Assembly (NCBI GenBank): GCA_963675755.2
Contig: CAXXMD010000002.1
Coordinates: 1,088,001-1,152,000 of the forward strand
Reading direction: 5' to 3'
DNA from: a bacterium
GTDB lineage: Bacteria > Zhuqueibacterota > Zhuqueibacteria > Residuimicrobiales > Krinioviventaceae
Length of the DNA stretch: 64,000 bases
Each line of letters starts with the position of its first letter. The first letter of the stretch is position 1. The notes under the pieces are model-generated. The model worked only from the letters and a program-made list of their open reading frames with translations. It did not search any database and was not told the origin of the DNA. This document shows positions 10,830 to 21,348 of the stretch, piece by piece. The translations under genes were made by a program, and so were the position numbers.

Positions 10830-10975
10830 TAAAAAAATTGAACAATCGTTCATATTCTAAACTCATTCCGGGATGGAATTTACATTAAAAAATTTGGGTT
10901 AATAAAAAATATCAATTGAGCCGCAATAAACAATTCCCTATATTTATAAAGTTTAAAAAGAAAGGACCTTGACTA

Positions 10976-11521
10976 ATGTTAGTTTTTCTCGTTGCAATAC
11001 CCGTCTTGATTGCGCTCTGGGGAATTACAATTTATAACCGACTGGTTAAAAACAGAAATCTTGCTGAAGAAGGTTGGAGCGGTATAGACGTACAACTCAA
11101 AAGGCGAACTGATCTGCTCCCTAATCTTATAGAGACAGTCAAAGGTTATATGACCCATGAAAAAGAACTGCTCAGCAAAGTTACTGAACTGCGAAGCCAA
11201 AGCATGAAAGAAGTAAATCCGGCTGAAAAAGGAAAACTTGAAAATGCACTTTCAAAATCTTTGGTTAATTTATTCGCTGTTGCAGAAAACTATCCGGATT
11301 TAAAAGCCAATCAGAATTTTCTGGACTTGCAAAACCAGTTATCTGAAATCGAAGATCAAATCCAGTTGGCCCGCCGATATTACAATGGTACCGTTCGGAA
11401 TTTAAACATTATGATAGAATCATTTCCCAACAATATCATTGCCGGATATTTTAAATTTGAGAAAAAAGAATATTTTGAAATGGAAGAATCTGAAGGCGCT
11501 GTACCCAATGTATCCTTTTAA
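10976..11521 (+). CDS. lemA: LemA family protein
   Basis: N-terminal TM, WSGIDVQLKRRTDLLPNL, AENYPDLKANQNF, ARRYYN. Confidence 0.95.
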   Translation: MLVFLVAIPVLIALWGITIYNRLVKNRNLAEEGWSGIDVQLKRRTDLLPNLIETVKGYMTHEKELLSKVTELRSQSMKEVNPAEKGKLENALSKSLVNLFAVAENYPDLKANQNFLDLQNQLSEIEDQIQLARRYYNGTVRNLNIMIESFPNNIIAGYFKFEKKEYFEMEESEGAVPNVSF

Positions 11522-11535
11522 ACAAGAGTCGTATT

Positions 11536-13443
11536 ATGAAAAAAATCTCACATATCATTTTATGGATACTGTGCATCCTCTCTCCTCTTTTTGCCAGGTC
11601 TGAACTGGAAAGAATCATCAGCTTTGACAGCGATATCCAAATTCAGTCTGATGGTTCCATGACCGTTACGGAAACGATCAAGGTTTACAGCAATGGTAAC
11701 CAGATTAAACGCGGCATTTACCGAACATTTTTAACAAAATATAAAGATCGAATAGGCAACACGGTTCGTATTACTTTTGACATACTTGATGTTATGAAGG
11801 ATGGTCAAACAGAACCCTATCATACCGAAACAATGTCAGACGGAATCAAGATCTATTTTGGCAGCAGCGATGTCTTTCTTGAACCGGGTGAATACACCTA
11901 TACTCTTGTATATAATACCCAAAATCAACTTGGGTTTTTCAAAGACTATGATGAACTCTATTGGAACGTTACCGGAAATGATTGGGGTTTCATGATAGAA
12001 AACGCAAGTGCCACCATTCAGCTTCCCCCGGGAGCAGATATAATACAAAGTGCTGCATATACTGGCGCATATGGATCTAATGAACAAAGTTTTAAAAGTA
12101 AAATCAATGCGGATGGCAGCATTTATTTCACAACCACTCGATACCTGAGTCCATGGGAAGGCCTTACCGTTGCTGCGGGCTTTACAAAAGGTATCATTCC
12201 CGAGCCAACAATGATGGACAAGGGCCGCTTAATCATTCAACAAAACCCAACAACCCTGGTTGCCTTTGCAGGATTCATTTTGCTTTTATTCTATTACTCA
12301 CTAGCCTGGACGATGGTAGGCAAAGATCCTGAGAAAGAGACAATTATACCACAATTTGTACCCCCGGATGGATATTCACCAGCCGCCACTCGATTTGTTT
12401 TGAAAATGGGCTATAGTGACAAGGTGTTTGCAGCCGCTATTGTCAACATGGCAGTCAAGGGCTATATCACTATCAAAGAAAGCAAGAAAAAATTTACACT
12501 TGTTAAAACAGGTACTAACGATTCCAAATTGGAAGCTGGTGAAAAACAGATTGCAAATAAATTATTTTCATCTTCCAATTCTATTGTTATCACTCAGAGC
12601 AATCATGCTCGCATTCAATCAGCTATCAAAGCACTGAAAAACAGTCTTAAACTAAATTTTGAAGCGTTGAATTTTAAAACAAACAGCAGGTTTATTACTC
12701 CCGGTATCATCATAACAATCATTACCTTTGCTTTAATTATTCTAACGGCACCGGATAAAGCTGTAGCTGCATTTATGGCATTGTGGTTGTCGGGTTGGAC
12801 GGCAGGCACATTTTTTCTCATGTCCGGAGTTGTAAAAAGCTGGTATGCCTTACTTACCGGGAAAGCCAGGGGCGTGATAGAAAAAGCAGGTATTTTTGGA
12901 ATCACCTTGTTTGCCTTGCCGTTTTTTATTGGTGAACTGGTTGGGCTGGGTGTTTTCGCGTATGCAACTTCACCCGGTGCAGCACTATTTCTACTATTGA
13001 TCGTAATTGCTCATGTCGTATTTAAAGATCTTTTAAAAGCGCCAACTATTTTGGGTAGACGAGTTATGGATCATATTGAAGGCTTGAAAATGTATTTAAA
13101 AATAGCCGAAGAAGAACGTTTACAGTTCATGTCCCCTCCCCAAACTCCTGAGCAATTTGAGAGATATTTGCCCTATGCCATAGCGCTGGATGTTGAAACC
13201 GAATGGAGTAAAAAATTTGAAACAAGTCTTTCTCAATCCAGCCAATACAAGGATTATACTCCAACCTGGTATTCAGGATATCATTTCAGCACTTCAAATA
13301 TAACAACACTTACGTCAACGCTGGGCTCTTCATTTTCATCTGCAATCACTTCATCATCAAGAGCGCCCAGTTCCAGCTCGGGAAGCAGCGGTGGCGGTTT
13401 CTCCGGTGGTGGCGGAGGAGGAGGCGGTGGCGGCGGCTGGTAA
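11536..13443 (+). CDS. DUF2207 family membrane protein
   Basis: DELYWNVTGNDW, FERYLPYAIAL and Gly-rich GGGFSGGGGGGGGGGGW tail; the usual partner of lemA. Confidence 0.92.
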   Translation: MKKISHIILWILCILSPLFARSELERIISFDSDIQIQSDGSMTVTETIKVYSNGNQIKRGIYRTFLTKYKDRIGNTVRITFDILDVMKDGQTEPYHTETMSDGIKIYFGSSDVFLEPGEYTYTLVYNTQNQLGFFKDYDELYWNVTGNDWGFMIENASATIQLPPGADIIQSAAYTGAYGSNEQSFKSKINADGSIYFTTTRYLSPWEGLTVAAGFTKGIIPEPTMMDKGRLIIQQNPTTLVAFAGFILLLFYYSLAWTMVGKDPEKETIIPQFVPPDGYSPAATRFVLKMGYSDKVFAAAIVNMAVKGYITIKESKKKFTLVKTGTNDSKLEAGEKQIANKLFSSSNSIVITQSNHARIQSAIKALKNSLKLNFEALNFKTNSRFITPGIIITIITFALIILTAPDKAVAAFMALWLSGWTAGTFFLMSGVVKSWYALLTGKARGVIEKAGIFGITLFALPFFIGELVGLGVFAYATSPGAALFLLLIVIAHVVFKDLLKAPTILGRRVMDHIEGLKMYLKIAEEERLQFMSPPQTPEQFERYLPYAIALDVETEWSKKFETSLSQSSQYKDYTPTWYSGYHFSTSNITTLTSTLGSSFSSAITSSSRAPSSSSGSSGGGFSGGGGGGGGGGGW

Positions 13444-13451
13444 TGCCACAC

Positions 13452-16400
13452 TTACTTGATCAATAAACATTTTCGGGTTTGGGTAAACGTACCGGCATTC
13501 AAACGTATCCAATACAATCCGGATGAAATTGAATGTGCATCCCATGTCAATGTATGGTAGCCGGCCTGCATTTTGCCCATCTCATAATGCATGACCCTAA
13601 CGCCCTGTATGTTATAAATGGATATGGTAACATCTGAGGATTTTGGCAGTGCATAACGAATGGTAGTAACGGGATTAAAAGGATTGGGATAATTCTGGTA
13701 TAGTTGAAAATCGTCAGGTATTGGATTTTCTTCACCATCAACGATTGATGTTGGAAAATTTGTTTTTATATAATAGGGGTAGGTGATGGAATCTTCTCCC
13801 CCCGGTCCCTTAACTGTCAAACTGACATCAAAAGAATCAACACGATCGTAAACATGTACAGGATGCTGCTGCTCACTAAAAGTACCGTCTCCAAAATTCC
13901 AAAGCCAATGTTCAATAATACCTTTAGAACTGTCAGTAAACGTAACCATCAAAGGCACCAAACCACTGGTTACATTGCTGCCAAAGTTTGCAACCGGGGG
14001 TGTATCCTGAACATGAATAACCTGCTCCTGCGTCAATGTATCCACACCACCGGGACCTGTAACAATCAGCGTTACATCATAATCTCCTGATAATTCATAA
14101 ACATACTCCGGATTTTGAACATTGCTCGAATCTCCATCCCCAAACAGCCATTTCCAGTTATCAATCTCACCTGTTGAACTGTCAGAAAATTGAACTGTGA
14201 GAGGCACAAAACCATTGGCAGGAGTGAACCCAAAATTGGCTGCAGGTGGTGCAGCTTGGACGGTTATCAGGTTCGTCATTAATAAAGAGTCAGCACCAGA
14301 TGGTCCCGACACCTTTAATGAAACATCATATTGACCCGCCTGATTATAAACATGAATGGGATTATTTTCATTGGATAAACTTGCATCACCAAAGTCCCAG
14401 GTTACAGAATCAAACTCGCCAGTGGACTGGTTCGTAAACTGAACCGACAATGGCGCGATCCCCTGCCTGGGATCAGCATTCAAGGCCGCAACCGGCTTAT
14501 TGTCTCCCACTTTGATATAATCCGACTTGAAAATCTCATCAGCAGCAATTTTATTTTCAACACGCAAAGAGACTGTATAAACACCTGTCTGTTCATAGGT
14601 ATGCTCTGGATTATAATCGTTGCTGGTGACTCCATCACCAAAATCCCAGACAGAGGTATTAACAGTTCCTATTGACTGGTTGGTAAATCGTACTTTTAGT
14701 GGAGTATTGCCATTTTGTTTATCACTCGTAAATGATGCTGATATTTGTTTAATTCTCAAATCACAAGGCTGCCCCTCCTGGCTGAATTTAATCCAAAGAT
14801 AATCATTAGATGTCTGATAAAACCAACCGGATGTTGCGTTTTGAAAATCATCATAGTCAGAAATTTGAGACAATTCCGCACCATTTAACGTTATGATATT
14901 TACATCATCTTTGTATTTAATTCTAAAGAGCAAGTTTTCATTTCCTGCACCTGTTTTTATCTGTTGCCCAAAATCTTTTTGGGCAGAGGTGATTGTAAAC
15001 GCTTCGTCTTCATCGTAATAGTTGAAAAAAGAAGAATCAGAAGGATAATGAATCAAGGTCAGGTATCCGGAGGAATATTCGCTGCCATGGCCTGTAACAC
15101 CATCTACAACATTCATGGGAATGATTGCACCTTCTCTTATATACACCGGGTATTGCTCATAAGAAAATTCTTTATCATTCAGGACTTTCCCACCCTCATA
15201 GATTATATCATCATCCCAAAAGTCTATCCAGTTTGATTCTATTGGAAATTCAACAGTTCTTCTTTTAGAAGAAAACAATCCATAAATAATAGATACAAAC
15301 AATTCATTTCCCAGAGTATATTGTCTGTCACCAATTGATGGCCGTACGATACTGTTACCCGTAATGACTCCATCAACTGTACAAGAGTATATATACGGAA
15401 CCAGTTCACTGTGCAGTTTTGCAAAGTATCTATATATGTCCAAAGTTGTATCATCAAACATCCATGGACGGTGTTCATCCTGACCGCCATTGATCATTAA
15501 TGGGCAGAGAGCGCCGAATTGCGCCCAACGAATAAACAATTTATTGTTTACCTCCATATCCCCCATATAACCGCCAATATCAGAACCAACGACATGGTAT
15601 CCACTATCAGAAGACATGAATATATTATCAACAGCATTGGGTAAACCCATATCGCTCCAGTCATGTAATTGATCACCAACAAAAAAAGTATGGGCGTAAT
15701 TGTGAGGGACAAATATAGAATCGCTTTGCTGCTCATCCATAGATTTAGCATAAATCACAAAATCATTCTCTGTTTTTTCGCGGGTATATTCATAAAAATC
15801 CATGTAATACAGTTGACTGTATTCTTTGTAGGTTATGGTATCATTAAAACAGGATGCGCCATGAGGAAAAACACGATTTCCTGAATCCGTTTTCCAACCA
15901 TCAATGCCCATGTCCATCACATTGTCCAGTTGCCCATGCCACCAATCAAGCGCATAAGGATTGGTAAAATCTATAAAGCTTCCCTTACCTTTCCACCAGG
16001 TATAGGTTTCTCCCTCTGCCGTAAAAAAGTTGTTTTCAAAAGCATAATCATAATTTGTAGATTTGCCCCAATAAGCGGCATCAACAGACTCGGTATTGAT
16101 GAGCGGAGTGATCCACATGATGACTTTGTATTGCATATTATGCAGCTCGTTGATCATTCCCAGGGGATCTTCATATCGGGTACTGTCAAAGATCAATGTA
16201 TTATATGATGTTTCCCAGGGACTGTCAATTATGACTACACTCGCAGGGATATCCAATGCCCGATATTGATTTGCAATCCCAAGTGTACGCAGTTGCGTAT
16301 TATCATTATCCTCCCACACCCACGGTTCAAATGCCCACTTGGGCGGTATAGGCAGGGTTTCACGCTCACGAGTCTCTATAAATGCATTGCGGGTGATTAC

Positions 16401-16655
16401 AACCGTATCAGCCCCCATTACCGTCAAGGTAACTGTATAGTATCCGGATTTGGTATAAACATGCTTGGGATTTTTCAAACTGGACGTTACAGTATTGTCA
16501 CCAAAATCCCACATATATTGCAAACTGTCATCAGCTTGAACAGTAAATTGTACATTCAAAGGGATAAATCCACTATATGGATACGCTGTAAAATCCACTT
16601 GAGAATAAAGAAGATTGAATCCCATCAAGAGTAATATAAATATTCTAGTTTTCAT
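13452..16655 (-). CDS. Secreted GH31 glycoside hydrolase with PKD domains and T9SS-like CTD
   Basis: Probable start MKTRIFILLL at 16655 (or 16673). PKD motif WDFGD...H.Y...G.YTV.L once before and four times after the catalytic domain; GWKTD nucleophile, FVGD, GSDIGGY, FIRWAQFG; QNYPNPFNP...RKCLLIK. Confidence 0.88.
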   Translation of the reverse strand: MKTRIFILLLMGFNLLYSQVDFTAYPYSGFIPLNVQFTVQADDSLQYMWDFGDNTVTSSLKNPKHVYTKSGYYTVTLTVMGADTVVITRNAFIETRERETLPIPPKWAFEPWVWEDNDNTQLRTLGIANQYRALDIPASVVIIDSPWETSYNTLIFDSTRYEDPLGMINELHNMQYKVIMWITPLINTESVDAAYWGKSTNYDYAFENNFFTAEGETYTWWKGKGSFIDFTNPYALDWWHGQLDNVMDMGIDGWKTDSGNRVFPHGASCFNDTITYKEYSQLYYMDFYEYTREKTENDFVIYAKSMDEQQSDSIFVPHNYAHTFFVGDQLHDWSDMGLPNAVDNIFMSSDSGYHVVGSDIGGYMGDMEVNNKLFIRWAQFGALCPLMINGGQDEHRPWMFDDTTLDIYRYFAKLHSELVPYIYSCTVDGVITGNSIVRPSIGDRQYTLGNELFVSIIYGLFSSKRRTVEFPIESNWIDFWDDDIIYEGGKVLNDKEFSYEQYPVYIREGAIIPMNVVDGVTGHGSEYSSGYLTLIHYPSDSSFFNYYDEDEAFTITSAQKDFGQQIKTGAGNENLLFRIKYKDDVNIITLNGAELSQISDYDDFQNATSGWFYQTSNDYLWIKFSQEGQPCDLRIKQISASFTSDKQNGNTPLKVRFTNQSIGTVNTSVWDFGDGVTSNDYNPEHTYEQTGVYTVSLRVENKIAADEIFKSDYIKVGDNKPVAALNADPRQGIAPLSVQFTNQSTGEFDSVTWDFGDASLSNENNPIHVYNQAGQYDVSLKVSGPSGADSLLMTNLITVQAAPPAANFGFTPANGFVPLTVQFSDSSTGEIDNWKWLFGDGDSSNVQNPEYVYELSGDYDVTLIVTGPGGVDTLTQEQVIHVQDTPPVANFGSNVTSGLVPLMVTFTDSSKGIIEHWLWNFGDGTFSEQQHPVHVYDRVDSFDVSLTVKGPGGEDSITYPYYIKTNFPTSIVDGEENPIPDDFQLYQNYPNPFNPVTTIRYALPKSSDVTISIYNIQGVRVMHYEMGKMQAGYHTLTWDAHSISSGLYWIRLNAGTFTQTRKCLLIK

Positions 16656-17006
16656 CACGTATGCTGTTTTCATTATCAGTACCGGTAATTTTTCCACCCA
16701 ATTTATCAATTTTACAGCAGTATTACAAAACAATTGACAATAAATTATTATATTTAATAGGTACTTTTTTCTAATTTTGCAGAACCAATTCTAATCTTTC
16801 ATAATAAAGACCACCCGAGTTTGCTCACATGAAAGTTTCTAAAGTATACTATCTTTTAAAATCAGTCAAAAGCCAGTAAATTATCAGATTTATTAAAAGC
16901 ACTAATAACTATACAAAAAAACAATTGAATTTGAAATTACCATTATGTATTGTATAATATCAAATATATAGGGAAAAAATGTTACAACCGAAATAAGAGG
17001 TGTAAT

Positions 17007-18263
17007 ATGAAACCGTATTCACGCAGAGATTTTCAAAAAAAAGCAATTCTGTCAGCTAGCGCAGCGTTTTTTATGAATTCATTCAGAGGATTTGCAGCCG
17101 ATACCAATAAAATTGTGGATATGCGTTCCTTTCTGGAATCTATTCTGTATACCCGGGATGAAGTAAAACAATGGCTTGCCGGAAAAGCCTTTCCTTTTGC
17201 AAAATATCACAGTGAATTCGGATGGCTGCTGAACAATGACCGATATACGGACGGTATGAACGGGTCCGAATGCGTTTACACCTATGCGGGTACTGATGGC
17301 GAACGGATTATGATCCAATACAGGGACAAGCCCTGCCGCATAAACACCTATGGCAACAGCTTTACCCAGTGCCACCAGGTAAGCGATGGAGAAACCTGGC
17401 AGGAAGTGCTGGCCGCACACATTCAGGAGCCGGTACGGAATTTTGGTATTGGCGGATGGTCGGTTTATCAGGCTTATTTGCGCATGCTAAAGGAAGAAAA
17501 ACGCACACCTTCAGAATATATCATATTCAACATATACGACGATGACCACCGCCGCAATCTCGACTCCTGGCGCAACATCAGACGACGGAAACATCCCCGG
17601 TTTATCGAGCCTACACTGCCCTTTGTTACCGTAGACCTGAAATCCGGACAGATCACCGAGCACGCCAACCCCTGTCCTACTCCTGAATCGGTTTATGATC
17701 TGTGCGATTTGGATAAAACCTATGCAATATTCAAAGATGATTTTGTAGCCAAAATCATGATAGCGCACCTCAATTCAAAACAGGAAAATCCCAACAAGAC
17801 CTATAAAGAAATAACCGATCTGGCAACCACGCATGGTATCAATACCTCGATTGAGGACAATGGCACCCTGGCGACAGTTGCGGAAGAGCTGCACCAGAAA
17901 GCGGCACTGACTGCGTCCATGCGGATTGTGGAAAAGGCCGAAGCGTTTGCCAGACAGAACAATAAAAAGATCCTTTGGGTGCTGTCGTTTCCTCCGGGAT
18001 CAGTGGCAAAATACCTGACCGAGGGCAAGCGCTGGGACCAGCCTTTTGTGGATTACATGAAATCGAAAAATCTGCCCATGATCGACCTGATGGACGCGCA
18101 TGAACAGGATTATAAACAGTTCAACATCAGCGTAAAGGACTATCTTGCCCGCTATTACATCGGCCATTACAATCCTACCGGCAACATGTTTTGCGCGTTC
18201 TCGCTCAAAGACAAACTTGTGAATATGCTTGAGCCCAAACCGCTGCCGTATAAGATGAAATAG
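17007..18263 (+). CDS. Tat-exported SGNH-like hypothetical protein
   Basis: ATG at 17007 with AGAGG RBS; SRRDF twin-arginine motif; YGNSFT, NFGIGGW and GHYNPTGN resemble SGNH blocks I, II and V. Confidence 0.6.
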   Translation: MKPYSRRDFQKKAILSASAAFFMNSFRGFAADTNKIVDMRSFLESILYTRDEVKQWLAGKAFPFAKYHSEFGWLLNNDRYTDGMNGSECVYTYAGTDGERIMIQYRDKPCRINTYGNSFTQCHQVSDGETWQEVLAAHIQEPVRNFGIGGWSVYQAYLRMLKEEKRTPSEYIIFNIYDDDHRRNLDSWRNIRRRKHPRFIEPTLPFVTVDLKSGQITEHANPCPTPESVYDLCDLDKTYAIFKDDFVAKIMIAHLNSKQENPNKTYKEITDLATTHGINTSIEDNGTLATVAEELHQKAALTASMRIVEKAEAFARQNNKKILWVLSFPPGSVAKYLTEGKRWDQPFVDYMKSKNLPMIDLMDAHEQDYKQFNISVKDYLARYYIGHYNPTGNMFCAFSLKDKLVNMLEPKPLPYKMK

Positions 18264-18397
18264 TTGTAAGCATTTAAAAGAATAATATAAATTTGAATTT
18301 TGGCTAATATACATACTGCCAACTTTAAGTTTTTCTAAAATCACAACCAGGATAATTATTCTTGTCAATTTTTTAACATGCTTTATGGAGTTAGTTT

Positions 18398-20935
18398 ATG
18401 AAACCAATGAGAAGAATTATTTCAGCCTTGATAATTTTGTCTAGTGTGTTGATTATCTTGGAAAAGGCAGAAGCACAAAGCAATATCAAAGTTGGTCCTC
18501 AACCAGACGGGAGTATTTTGGTCCCGACTAATCAACTGTTACGCCCTGCCGGATTTCAGGTAACATTTCCGGGAAGACCTGTTGATCTTGCATTGATTCC
18601 CGGGAAAAACCTGGTCGCTGTAAAAAACAGAAAATCCCTGGATATTATTCGCATAAAAGATCGGACCATCCTACAATCCTTGAATTATAAAAAAAGCGGG
18701 AGTTCATTTACTGGCTTGTGCGTCTCTGCAAATGGCAAAAAGGTATTTGTTACCGAGGCTGAAGATCAAATTCTCATTGCTGAATTGGATAAAGATCTTG
18801 TATTACGATGGGAAAACGCAATCAAATTACCATCTCCTCTTATCGGTGGAAACCCTGTTCCCGGAGGACTGGTACTAGATGAAGAACAAGACAAAATTTA
18901 TGTTACGCTGAGTCGAAACAATACACTGGGAGTAGTTGATCTGGCAGACACGACAGTGAAAGAAATTCCGGTGGGTATTGCCCCCTACGAGGTTGTTCTT
19001 GGCGCTGATTCAAAGGCTTATGTGAGCAATTGGGGCGGTCGGGTACCACATGAGGGGGAATCCACCTATAACACATCCGGCAGCCAGGTACTGGTCGATC
19101 CTGAAACCGGTATCGCAAATAATGGTTCTGTATCCGTTATTGATTTAACAAAAAATGTTCAGACAAAAAGTATTGATGTAGGATTGCATCCAAGCGGGAT
19201 GGCGCTGAATCCAGATCGAACACGGCTATTTGTGGCCTGCGCGAATAGTGATATTATTTCTGTAATCGATACCCGTACAGACAAAGTAATTGAAGAAATC
19301 TCTGTACACACGCAAAAGGATCTGCCTTTTGGTAGTGCTCCAAACGCATTAACAGTTTCTCCGGATGGGAAATATCTTTATATAGCAAACGGAACAGACA
19401 ATGCAATTTGTATAGTGGAAATTGGTACACCTAGTAAAATCACGGGATTCATTCCAACAGGCTGGTACCCCGCTTCTGTAATCCTGGATAAAGAATCAAA
19501 TTTTTTATATGTAGCAAATGTTAAAGGAATCGGCTCAAGAAATCAACGTACAGACAGAGGCGGATTCAATTCCCATGATCATATGGGTAGCGTTTCTATT
19601 ATACCAATTCCAGATGAAAAACATTTAGTTGAAATGACAAAAACCGTTCAGAAAAACAATACTTTTGTTCAAAATCTGGTGGCAGTCAAGTCAGATAATA
19701 AATTAAAAAGCAAAGTACCGGTTCCACAGATACCTTCTCAGGTCTCTCATTTCAAACATGTTGTATATATCATTAAAGAGAATCGAACTTATGACCAGGT
19801 ATTTGGTGATATGCCGCAAGGCAATGGCGATATAAATCTTGTTCATTTCGGACGAGATGTAACTCCGAATCATCATAAATTAGCAGAAACATTTGTTTTG
19901 CTGGATAATTTTTATTGCAGTGGTATTCTAAGTGCAGACGGACATCAATGGACTGATGAAGCCTATGTAACGGATTACCTTGAAAAGTTTTTCGGGGATT
20001 TCACCCGCAGTTATCCATATGATGGTGATGATGCCCTGGCCTATGCAAGCTCTGGTTTTATATGGGACAATGTACTAAGCCATGGATTGACATTTCGGGA
20101 TTATGGCGAATTTATGGATACAATAGTGGAACCCAAAGACGCGACTTTTGCAGAAATTTATCAGGATTACATGGCTGAAACCGGCAAAATAAAAATCCGT
20201 GCCAAAGCCAATCTTGAACAACTTGAACCTTATATGTGCCCCACATTTATAGGTTTCACCAACAATATACCCGATGTGTACCGGGCGGATGAATTCATTA
20301 AAGAATTTAAAACTTTTGAAAAGAACAACAATTTCCCCAATTTCATTATTATGTTATTACCCAATGATCATACATCCGGGACCCGGCCCGGACGACCAAC
20401 ACCACGCGCTGCCGTAGCAGATAATGATCTGGCACTGGGAAGAATTGTGGATGCAATATCCCATAGCAAGTTCTGGAATGAAACCTGTATTATGGTAACC
20501 GAAGATGATCCTCAGGCAGGCCTGGATCATGTGGATGGTCACCGCACGGTTGGATTGGTTATAAGCCCGTATACAAAACGCGGCCAGGTCATTTCAACCT
20601 ATTACTCTCAAATCAATATGGTCCGAACCATGGAAAATATTCTCGGTATTCCTCCCATGAACCAATTTGATATAGCAGCCGAGCCCATGACAGATTGCTT
20701 TACCGATGAACCGGATTTTACACCCTATAAGGTTTTGCCAAGCAACATAAAACTCGATGAATTGAATCCGCCACTTGAAACGTTGAACGGGGACGCACTC
20801 TATTGGGCCCGGAAATCACTTGAACAGGATCTGGATGAGGTTGATCAGATCGATGAAGATACCTTTAACCGAATCATCTGGCATTCAGTGAAGGGTTATG
20901 ATGTGCAATATCCCGTACTAACACAAAAATACTAA
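18398..20935 (+). CDS. YVTN/YncE beta-propeller fused to a phosphoesterase (alkaline-phosphatase-like) domain
   Basis: Signal peptide; AYVSNW, LFVACANS and LYVAN propeller repeats; HVVYIIKENRTYDQVFGD, SADGHQW, LPNDHT, EDDPQAGLDHVDGHR. Confidence 0.88.
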   Translation: MKPMRRIISALIILSSVLIILEKAEAQSNIKVGPQPDGSILVPTNQLLRPAGFQVTFPGRPVDLALIPGKNLVAVKNRKSLDIIRIKDRTILQSLNYKKSGSSFTGLCVSANGKKVFVTEAEDQILIAELDKDLVLRWENAIKLPSPLIGGNPVPGGLVLDEEQDKIYVTLSRNNTLGVVDLADTTVKEIPVGIAPYEVVLGADSKAYVSNWGGRVPHEGESTYNTSGSQVLVDPETGIANNGSVSVIDLTKNVQTKSIDVGLHPSGMALNPDRTRLFVACANSDIISVIDTRTDKVIEEISVHTQKDLPFGSAPNALTVSPDGKYLYIANGTDNAICIVEIGTPSKITGFIPTGWYPASVILDKESNFLYVANVKGIGSRNQRTDRGGFNSHDHMGSVSIIPIPDEKHLVEMTKTVQKNNTFVQNLVAVKSDNKLKSKVPVPQIPSQVSHFKHVVYIIKENRTYDQVFGDMPQGNGDINLVHFGRDVTPNHHKLAETFVLLDNFYCSGILSADGHQWTDEAYVTDYLEKFFGDFTRSYPYDGDDALAYASSGFIWDNVLSHGLTFRDYGEFMDTIVEPKDATFAEIYQDYMAETGKIKIRAKANLEQLEPYMCPTFIGFTNNIPDVYRADEFIKEFKTFEKNNNFPNFIIMLLPNDHTSGTRPGRPTPRAAVADNDLALGRIVDAISHSKFWNETCIMVTEDDPQAGLDHVDGHRTVGLVISPYTKRGQVISTYYSQINMVRTMENILGIPPMNQFDIAAEPMTDCFTDEPDFTPYKVLPSNIKLDELNPPLETLNGDALYWARKSLEQDLDEVDQIDEDTFNRIIWHSVKGYDVQYPVLTQKY

Positions 20936-21348
20936 TCTTTATTTGATTATAAAAATCAGAATAACTCAGTCAAAAACCCGCAGGATGCGGTTGCTGATCG
21001 TGACAGAAATGATCTCTGTCACGATCGGGTATAGATGTTCAAAGTACCGGAAGTCATTCAATTGGAAGCGGCCTTAATGGAAATAATATATCATAATGCT
21101 TGACAATTTCATGAAAATTTCTTATTAATATATATATCCGACACGGGGTACAGGGACGGATATAAATCATATTTGCATATCAATACAATACATTATTAAT
21201 TAATTCATACAAAATGTTTCAATTTGAAAGCAGTGGTATAATTCATTATGTTTTTTTTATTTTTCTAAATGTATTCCAATATTTGGGGACCCTTTCTCAA
21301 ATTTCAAGATAATCATTGCATGAATTTCTAACAAAATCGAGTGAGAAT

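Noticed and set aside
13370-13443. GGC/GGT/GGA low-complexity repeat
   Set aside because: It encodes the normal Gly-rich tail of DUF2207 proteins.
21214-21312. 32-codon hydrophobic ORF (MFQFESSGIIHYVFFIFLNVFQYLGTLSQISR) upstream of the ABC ATPase, as a possible exported peptide
   Set aside because: It has no RBS or leader motif, and such ORFs are expected by chance in T-rich DNA.
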